DNA of 64,000 nt from an uncultured Fibrobacterota bacterium (GTDB lineage Bacteria > Fibrobacterota > Chitinivibrionia > Chitinivibrionales > FEN-1185): contig CAVSQB010000022.1 of assembly GCA_963729895.1 (NCBI GenBank), forward strand, positions 126,203 through 190,202, given 5' to 3'. The position numbers and the translations under genes are program-made. This document shows, piece by piece, positions 57,276 through 64,000 of the stretch. Each line of letters opens with the position of its first letter. Position 1 is the first letter of the stretch. The notes under the pieces are model-generated. The model was not told the DNA's origin. It made no database searches and saw only the letters and a list, made by a program, of their open reading frames with translations.

Positions 57276-59282
57276 TCACTTGACTGCCACGTGGGCGCTG
57301 ATCCTTCGAATCTCGGCATCGGCCTTTACATAATATTTATGTTCGGGAGAGGTTTTGAACAGGGATTTCACGTCGAACCACGCCTCCATGGCTTCCTTCC
57401 GGGTGTCTGCGTTCGGCCTCACGTCGTACAGGGCGCTTGCGCACAGGGCCTTGGAGTACAGGAGCAGCTCGCGGAACGCGCGGGGATCCATGAACTGTGC
57501 CGGCGACACCGACGCTTGCTTGACAAAATCATAAGCGGCCGTGAAGGCCTTTTCCGTGTAACACCACCGCGCTTTTTCGAGCAGCAACTCGCCGTCGCTG
57601 AAGTTGTGCGTTTCGAGAAAGTCCCTCACGCCGCGCGTGTCGCCGGCGCCCTTGAGCGAGCGGAGCTTGTACAAAAGCGCCTTTCTCGAATCCGCCAGAC
57701 CGGCAGGCAGCATCTTGTATAGCAGGATGCCGTTTGCAAAACGGCCGGCCTCCACCTCGGACGAAAACACCGTCATCACGTCGGAGTTGTGGAGCTGCCG
57801 CCTGAGTTTTTCGCTCAGCCGGCTTTCGGCGATGCCCGCCGTGCCGGAACCGGTTGATGTTTCCCCCACTGCCGCCTGCGGGGCCGGTCGCTCGCTCCTG
57901 CCCGGCAATCGTTTGGGGCTTGCGCCGCGTTTTCGCGGGGCAAAGGATTCGTTCGGCGCAGGTTTTTCCGGAGACGTTTCGGGGGGAGCCAGCCTGCCGT
58001 GCGCCGCATCCCCGCCGCCGGCCGCGGCTGAAACAGTGTCTTCTTCATGCGCCGACCGTTGCAGGGCAAGGACGGAATCCACGAGATTTCCCAGGTCCTG
58101 GGTGTTGCCGCCTGCGGTGTTGCCGGGGCGGGCCGCAAACAAAAAGCCCGACAAGTTGATTTGTGCGATAAACCGGCGGGCCAGCGCCGGCTTGTGCACG
58201 AACAACCCGACAAGCGTTGCCGTGGCGATGAGGGCAATGGCGGTGCAGGTCCAGATGAGCGCCGGAAGCACCGGGCTGTGCCTGCGCACCCGCACGATCC
58301 GTTTTTCACCGCCCCTGCTTGCGAGGAACGACTCGAGCACCTGTTCCGGCGCCTTGAGGGTGAGCGTCTTGTGGGTACGGCAAATGGCCCTGAGAAATTC
58401 GAGCGAATTCTGGACGCGCTTCTCCTTGTCGTACCGGATGCAATGGTGGATGAGGCCCGCAAGGGAGGCAGGGACCCTGGTCGAAAATTTCGTGAGGGGA
58501 ACGTAATTGTTGGCAAGTTTGTCGGTGACGAGCTTGCCCAGTTTCTCCTCTGGAAACGCGCGGATCCCCGTAACCATTTCGTACAGGACGGTGCCCAGGG
58601 AATAGAGGTCGGCGCGCACGTCGACTTCTTTTCCGTCAAGCTGTTCCGGGGCAAGATATTGCATGGTTCCCATCACCATGCCTTCAAGCGTGTGAATGCT
58701 GGCGGTCATGGGCTTGGCGATGCCGAAATCCATCAGTTTCGCCACGCCGTCTTTTGCCACCATGATGTTGCCGGGTTTCAGGTCGCGGTGGATAACGCCC
58801 TGATAATGCTTGCCGTACAAGACGTAGTTCTGGTTGTGCGCGTAGTTGAGGGCGCGGCCGACCATGATGCCGATCGACGTGCACACCTCCGGAGGCAGGC
58901 CGCCGGATTCCTCGATCAGCTTCTCGAGCGTGACGCCGTCGATGAGCTCCATTTCGATATACGGCAGATTGTCCCACGTCCCTACGGTGTAAATCTCAAC
59001 GATGTTGGGATGGTGCAGTTTGGCCGTGATCTTCATCTCGGTGTGGAACCGGTCTTCGGATTCCAGAGTGTGGTCGGGCTTGAGAAGCTTCACCGCGCGC
59101 TTCACTTCGAGTTCGGGGTTCCATATCTCGTACACAATCGCCATGCCGCCAGCGCTGATGAGCGACGAGATGGTGCCGGAGCCGAGTTGTATGGGCTTCC
59201 TGCCGTCCGGAAGCGATATCGTGCCGGGCAGCTGGACCGTCTTGGTGTCCTGGGGACGCAGTATGAGCTTTTCTTTGGGCAT
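57276..59282 (-). CDS. Hanks-type Ser/Thr protein kinase, transmembrane
   Basis: 'GGMAIVY', 'AVK', 'HRDLKPGN', 'DFG', 'GT.QYLAPE'; TM helix and extracytoplasmic TPR-like region. Confidence 0.92.
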   Translation of the reverse strand: MPKEKLILRPQDTKTVQLPGTISLPDGRKPIQLGSGTISSLISAGGMAIVYEIWNPELEVKRAVKLLKPDHTLESEDRFHTEMKITAKLHHPNIVEIYTVGTWDNLPYIEMELIDGVTLEKLIEESGGLPPEVCTSIGIMVGRALNYAHNQNYVLYGKHYQGVIHRDLKPGNIMVAKDGVAKLMDFGIAKPMTASIHTLEGMVMGTMQYLAPEQLDGKEVDVRADLYSLGTVLYEMVTGIRAFPEEKLGKLVTDKLANNYVPLTKFSTRVPASLAGLIHHCIRYDKEKRVQNSLEFLRAICRTHKTLTLKAPEQVLESFLASRGGEKRIVRVRRHSPVLPALIWTCTAIALIATATLVGLFVHKPALARRFIAQINLSGFLFAARPGNTAGGNTQDLGNLVDSVLALQRSAHEEDTVSAAAGGGDAAHGRLAPPETSPEKPAPNESFAPRKRGASPKRLPGRSERPAPQAAVGETSTGSGTAGIAESRLSEKLRRQLHNSDVMTVFSSEVEAGRFANGILLYKMLPAGLADSRKALLYKLRSLKGAGDTRGVRDFLETHNFSDGELLLEKARWCYTEKAFTAAYDFVKQASVSPAQFMDPRAFRELLLYSKALCASALYDVRPNADTRKEAMEAWFDVKSLFKTSPEHKYYVKADAEIRRISAHVAVK

Positions 59283-59580
59283 GTCTTTACATAGTGGAGA
59301 AACCCGCAGCACGCTTCAAGGCGCGGGCTCGCCGCGGGAGTCACAATGAAAACAAAAACAGCACATTCCAGGTTTCCCGAAACCGCTGCCGTCCATTTTA
59401 TATTGTACAATCGTGAGAGTTGATTGGGAAGATCGAAAAGCAGGCATAGCCTTTGCGGTGTATTCATCACCAAAGCAATCTTCATCCGGAGGCGTTATTT
59501 CGAACTGCATGCGATATTCAATGCCGGGTATTTATATTTAAGACAGAGCAGTTCCACACATTCAACAGGAGGATCTGTCC

Positions 59581-60090
59581 ATGAAGAAACGATGGTTGCC
59601 GTGTTGGGCAGCGCTCACCGCGTGCTTCGCCTTTTCTACCGCAGTTGCGGCATCAGACTGGGCCACGAGCGATGGAAGCTGCTACGCCAAGCATGACATG
59701 TATCTTGACGTCGGAATACCGTTACCTATGTATCCGGCCGGAGTACACGCGGCCTTCGACTACGCGTTCACCGACGCGATTTCCGGCGGCGGCGGAATGG
59801 GTTTTCGATATTATTATGGCGCCGAATCGTACTTCACTTTTCTTGCAAGGGCGGCGTTTCACCCGTTCAATCTGACGGTCTGGCACGACAAGGTCAAGGT
59901 CCGCGACAAACTTGATATCTACGGAGGTCTCACCACATGGATCGGACCGTCGCTCAACGGTTATGACCCGGATTGGGGGATCCGTGAATACATCGGCATG
60001 CGCTGGCATTTTGCGCCGAAATTCTGCCTGTTCGTGGAAGACTGCGGCGGGTTCGGATATGTTGACGGAGGGATAACGTTCAAGTTCTGA
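59581..60090 (+). CDS. Small outer-membrane beta-barrel protein
   Basis: RBS AGGAGG, signal peptide, amphipathic strands, terminal 'GITFKF'. Confidence 0.75.
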   Translation: MKKRWLPCWAALTACFAFSTAVAASDWATSDGSCYAKHDMYLDVGIPLPMYPAGVHAAFDYAFTDAISGGGGMGFRYYYGAESYFTFLARAAFHPFNLTVWHDKVKVRDKLDIYGGLTTWIGPSLNGYDPDWGIREYIGMRWHFAPKFCLFVEDCGGFGYVDGGITFKF

Positions 60091-60092
60091 GC

Positions 60093-60938
60093 ATGACACG
60101 AGCGCAATCGGACATCCGGGAACGCACAAGCGCAAGCGCCGCTCCGGCCGTTTCGGTGATTGTTGCCGTGTACAACCGGCCCGATTTTCTCGAAAAGGTC
60201 TTTCTCTCGCTCATCAACCAGACGCTCTCGGATTTCGAAGTCATCATCGCCGACGACGGGTCCGGACCCGAAGTTGCGGAATGCGTCGGGCGGTATTCGC
60301 CCCGTTTTGCCCGGCCGATCCGGCATGTATGGCAACAGCACAACGGGTTCCGGAAAACGGTGATCGTAAACAACGCGGTGCGCGAGGCATCCGCCGACTA
60401 TCTGCTGTTCATCGACGGCGACTGCATCCTTCACAAGAGGTTCGTCGAAAGCCATTATCGGCACCGGAAGCCCCGCGCCGTGCTCGGCGGCAGAAGGGTC
60501 ATGCTCGACGAAGCCATAACCGGAAGGTTGACAAAAGACGATGTCGCCTCGGGCCGCGTGGAGCGGCCCTGGTTCTGGTGGAACCACTGCGCCCCCGGCG
60601 ACCGCAAACACGGCGTGTATGTGCCGCTCCTTTTCAGGGTGTCGAACCTTCGGAAAAAGGGATATTCCATGTTCGGCAGCAATTTTTCGCTGTTTAAGGA
60701 AGATTTCTGCTCTGTCAATGGCTACGACGAAACCATCATCGGCAGGGGCATGGAAGATGAGAATTTGCGGGAGCGCCTCAAGCTGAACGGCGTGAGCATC
60801 AGGTCCGTCACCAGGGAGGCCATCCAATACCACCTGTTTCACACGTCAGCCCCGGTCCCTCATTCAAAGGAATCCGTCGACGCCTGGTGCTTTCCCAAGC
60901 AGGCGTGGGCGGCCAGGGGGATCGCCACGGGGCGGTGA
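60093..60938 (+). CDS. GT2 glycosyltransferase
   Basis: 'VSVIVAVYN', 'IADDGS', 'FIDGD', 'NGYDE..G.G.ED'. Confidence 0.9.
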   Translation: MTRAQSDIRERTSASAAPAVSVIVAVYNRPDFLEKVFLSLINQTLSDFEVIIADDGSGPEVAECVGRYSPRFARPIRHVWQQHNGFRKTVIVNNAVREASADYLLFIDGDCILHKRFVESHYRHRKPRAVLGGRRVMLDEAITGRLTKDDVASGRVERPWFWWNHCAPGDRKHGVYVPLLFRVSNLRKKGYSMFGSNFSLFKEDFCSVNGYDETIIGRGMEDENLRERLKLNGVSIRSVTREAIQYHLFHTSAPVPHSKESVDAWCFPKQAWAARGIATGR

Positions 60939-61015
60939 AGCATTCCGGCCCGGCAGAACATTCGGGAGCAGGCGTGCGCGCCGGTTTCCCGATGCACGCA
61001 CGGTGGGGACGAGAC

Positions 61016-61705
61016 ATGAACAAAGGCCTTTTTGTATCGCGTTTGACGATGCTGCAGGACCGCGTGGCCGCCGCCTGCGCCCGAAGCAACAGAAACCCCT
61101 CCGACGTTCGCATTGTTGTGGTGACCAAGACGCATCCGATTGAAACCGTGCAGACGGTGATCGACTGCGGCATACGCGATATAGGAGAGAACCGGGTGCA
61201 GGAACTGGAAGCAAAGGTTCCGGGCCTTTGTGGCGCATTCGACATGCACCTTGTCGGGCACCTGCAGACCAACAAGGTGCGCAAGGCGGTTCCGCTCGTT
61301 GCATGGGTGCAATCGGTTGACAGCATACGACTTGCCGAGAGCATCAATCGCGCCGCGATTTCCTGCCGAAGGAGAATCAAGGCGCTTGTCCAGGTTAAAA
61401 CATCGGACGAGGAGACAAAGTCCGGCTGCGCCCCCGGGGAATGCGTCGCCCTCGCGGACCATATCGCACAAAGCAAGGGCCTGGAATTCTGCGGGCTCAT
61501 GACCATCGGCCCGCTCGCGGCGTCAGAAATCGAAACGCGGAAGGCATTTGCCCACCTGCGAGCGCTTTCCGAGCAGTGCAAAAGCCTGTGCGCGCGCCCG
61601 GAGCTTTCCATGGGCATGAGTTCCGATTTCGAATGGGCGATAGAAGAAGGGTCCACCATGCTGCGGGTGGGAACGCTGCTTTTGGGGAACAGGGAATCTA
61701 AATAA
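61016..61705 (+). CDS. yggS: PLP homeostasis protein YggS
   Basis: 'VVTKT', 'GENRVQE', 'GHLQTNK', 'LSMGMSSDFE.AIEEGST..RVG'. Confidence 0.93.
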   Translation: MNKGLFVSRLTMLQDRVAAACARSNRNPSDVRIVVVTKTHPIETVQTVIDCGIRDIGENRVQELEAKVPGLCGAFDMHLVGHLQTNKVRKAVPLVAWVQSVDSIRLAESINRAAISCRRRIKALVQVKTSDEETKSGCAPGECVALADHIAQSKGLEFCGLMTIGPLAASEIETRKAFAHLRALSEQCKSLCARPELSMGMSSDFEWAIEEGSTMLRVGTLLLGNRESK

Positions 61706-62157
61706 TTAAATGCATTTGGATAGCAGTGCCGGGTGACCCCATAGTGGGAGTTGCGGCGAGAATCCAATCTTGCGTTGTGGGGTACCCTCGAGTTGCAGCT
61801 GTACAGGTGAAGGTTTGATTCGCTTTGGATGCATTGTCTCATAGGTGAAGTTGACAATTGCGGAATTGTTCTTCTGCCCCGCGCCAAGCCGGACTGGAAC
61901 GTGCGCAGGGCGCAGTGCCGCCTGACCCCGCCGCTGATTGTCGAGTGCCGCTCCCCTCGATACATCCCTGCGGGACACTCGGGGAGCGGCGTATCGAGAC
62001 ACAGCGGCATAGGGCAGGCGGTACCGAGGCCAAACGGCCGAGCGTGGAAGGAGGGCCGACACTGCGCAGCAGCGGGGCGCCCATATCCTTATCTCGATGT
62101 TGCAACGGGTACATCCACGCCGCACCGGCTCAGCAAACCTGGAGAATTGCATTTAGT
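61705..62157 (+). ncRNA. Candidate large structured non-coding RNA (family not recognised)
   Basis: About 12 nested helices span the whole intergenic block; the wobble pairs I traced are G-U on the + strand; no credible CDS. Confidence 0.55.
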
Positions 62158-62295
62158 AATCCAGACAACCTTTACAATTTCAGGATATATTTTACCATGG
62201 TATCGAGCGGGCGCAGTAGGTCACTTGTAAGACGGTATTGATCATACTGCAGTGCAAGCAAAGAAGAACTTTAAAATCCGGGTTAGGAGATTCGT

Positions 62296-62853
62296 ATGCG
62301 CATCACTCCTCTTGACATCAGGAAGCAGCCGTTTCGCAAGAAACTGTGGGGGTTCGACCCGGACGAGGTGAACAGCTTCCTCGAAATGGTGGCAAGCGAA
62401 TTCGAGTCGACCATCAAACAGGACAACGACCTCCAGACCCAGGTGAAGAACCTGGATCAACGGCTCGACCATTATGTCAAGATTGAGAAGATCCTGGGCG
62501 ACACCCTTCTGACGGCCCAGAAGGCCACCGACGAGGCAAGGATGAATGCGCAGAAAGAGGCGGAGCTTATCCTCAAGGACGCGCAGGTGCGGGCGGGCCG
62601 CTACGAGGACGATTCGCGCCGCCGGGTTCGCGAGCTCGAAAGCGAAATCATTTCGCTCAAGAACCAGCGCGACAGTTTTCTGGCGCGGTTCCGTGCAATG
62701 CTCAAGACCCAGCTCGAGCTGCTGGGAGTCATAAGCGACGACTTGCGGGGCACATCTCGGCCGGAACCAAAATCCGGCGTCGAAACTATGGGTGAAGAAA
62801 CCATGGAAGAGGTTCCTCCTCAGCCCAACATCGCTTCGGGAATGGATTTGTAA
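62296..62853 (+). CDS. divIVA: DivIVA-domain protein
   Basis: 'ITPLDI....F.....GFD.DEV..FL'; coiled coil 'A.KEAELI..DA'; RBS AGGAG. Confidence 0.9.
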   Translation: MRITPLDIRKQPFRKKLWGFDPDEVNSFLEMVASEFESTIKQDNDLQTQVKNLDQRLDHYVKIEKILGDTLLTAQKATDEARMNAQKEAELILKDAQVRAGRYEDDSRRRVRELESEIISLKNQRDSFLARFRAMLKTQLELLGVISDDLRGTSRPEPKSGVETMGEETMEEVPPQPNIASGMDL

Positions 62854-62856
62854 CGC

Positions 62857-63135
62857 ATGCCGGGGTCCTGCCTCGTTGAAATCCGCCTCAAGCCGAACTC
62901 GCGGCAGGAAAAAGTGGAGACGGACGGAAACGGGACCCTGCGCGTTTGGGTGAACGCCCCACCGGTTGAGGGCAGGGCAAACGCAGCGCTGATAGAACTT
63001 CTCTCCGAAACTCTCCATGTTCCAAAATCTTATGTATCAATTAAGAGGGGCCTTGGTTCTAAAAGCAAGGTTGTCGAGGTTATTGGATTGACACAAGAAG
63101 AAATAGTCAAAAAGGTTTCTAATAATAACAAATAA
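62857..63135 (+). CDS. DUF167 (YggU) protein
   Basis: 'KPNSR', 'APPVEGRANAAL', 'G..SKSK'. Confidence 0.9.
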   Translation: MPGSCLVEIRLKPNSRQEKVETDGNGTLRVWVNAPPVEGRANAALIELLSETLHVPKSYVSIKRGLGSKSKVVEVIGLTQEEIVKKVSNNNK

Positions 63136-63314
63136 AATGGGCGTTTCCACCACTGTAGGCACGCGCGGTCAGGGTCTTCGCATGTGCTGTCTTTAGTTCG
63201 ACGCGGCACCCGACCGCCTGACAACGAATAGGTGTGTCACCCAAATGTATGCTTGCCCCTCCCGGCTTCTCCACGACTTGAAGATTTTTCTCTATTATAT
63301 TAAAGCAGTTTGAT

Positions 63315-64000
63315 ATGAGCCTTCGACTAAAACTCCCTCTCTTTATCGTGCTGTTGGTCTTTGTCGCTTCCATAGCGATATTGTCCGTTTCAGTATATCA
63401 GACCCGAAAAAGGGGCGAAAGTGATGTTGCTACAATCCGCACAAACGAAACAGCAAAGGTTAAAAACACGATAAAAGAGCATGTCGACATCATGTACTCG
63501 CTTATCAATGCGCAGTATCAGCGGTCTTTTTCCCTGGAAGAAGTGGTGACGATATTTAATAAGACGAAAGCCGTCACCTATGATAACGGCCGCGGCTATT
63601 TCTGGGTATCGGACATGAGCGATACCCCGCATGTTCTGATACACCCGTATTTTGACAGCCTGGGTGCGGCGGACAAGTCAAAGGTTCTTTTTTTTGTGCG
63701 GGACATCAATCGACAGGTGGCAAATCAAGGAGACGGATTCGTCGAAACCGCCTGGCCAAAGTTGACGGGCATGAGCATTTCCGATTCTGCGGTTTCAAAA
63801 CTGTGTTATGCACGCGTGTTCGCTCCGCTGAAGTTGGTGATTGCATCCGGGCGCTCTACGGACGACATAGATGGGGTGATCAGGAAAAGGTCCGAGCAGA
63901 CGCAAAGTGAAATTGCGTCTATTATTCGGGATCGCATTATCTTTGCGTTGCTCATTCTTGTATTGAGCACCCTTGCGGTGGTTTTTTTTACGGGTATGAT
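63315..64000 (+). CDS. Cache-domain sensor (chemoreceptor or histidine kinase), runs off the window
   Basis: Own translation MSLRLKLPLFIVLL... gives TM, 'GYFWV.D...HP', 'G.GFV...WPK', 'VIASG..DDID' and a second TM; no stop before 64000. Confidence 0.8.
   Translation, partial: MSLRLKLPLFIVLLVFVASIAILSVSVYQTRKRGESDVATIRTNETAKVKNTIKEHVDIMYSLINAQYQRSFSLEEVVTIFNKTKAVTYDNGRGYFWVSDMSDTPHVLIHPYFDSLGAADKSKVLFFVRDINRQVANQGDGFVETAWPKLTGMSISDSAVSKLCYARVFAPLKLVIASGRSTDDIDGVIRKRSEQTQSEIASIIRDRIIFALLILVLSTLAVVFFTGM

Noticed and set aside
61705..62157. Assignment to RNase P, SRP, tmRNA, 6S, T-box or cobalamin riboswitch
   Set aside because: Signature motifs were not found by eye on either strand. An Rfam scan is still needed.
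61706..62241. ORFs 61706-62152(-), 61829-62230(+) and 61858-62241(+) as proteins such as YggT or SepF
   Set aside because: No recognisable motifs, RBS or TM pattern; they are explained by GC-rich stems.

Overview
64-kb, fairly GC-rich bacterial chromosomal window. It is probably Fibrobacterota (Chitinivibrionia/Chitinispirillia-like); this is inferred from the lipoprotein and C-terminal sorting-domain style, not from a marker gene. All annotation is by eye, with no database searches. Left to right: (1) a type IV pilin flanked by four GT-C-fold membrane glycosyltransferase-like genes (ArnT-like, two TMTC-like TPR proteins, one unassigned); (2) PAC2-family gene, dusB, larB, glutaminyl cyclase; (3) tRNA-Asn followed by an accessory region with four insertion sequences (an rve-type IS, IS5, IS3 splitting an FGE-family gene, IS1595) and secreted CAZymes (GH16, GH76, CBM6-like); (4) TPM/nucleotidyltransferase/LemA operon, Tat-exported DUF362 protein and large Ig-repeat lipoproteins; (5) a polyamine cluster (speD, two speE paralogs, ornithine decarboxylase) with a type II TA pair and a two-component system; (6) Mrr-like nuclease, Ser/Thr kinase, GT2, yggS, divIVA, DUF167 and a truncated Cache-domain sensor. 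The most unusual observations are a ~450-nt, fully nested, strand-asymmetric secondary structure between yggS and divIVA that matches no RNA family I recognise; four copies of a GCAAAG-periodic palindromic element with unrelated AT-rich interiors in and next to the polyamine cluster; and a strong D-(S/T) enrichment in exported proteins, which suggests general O-glycosylation.
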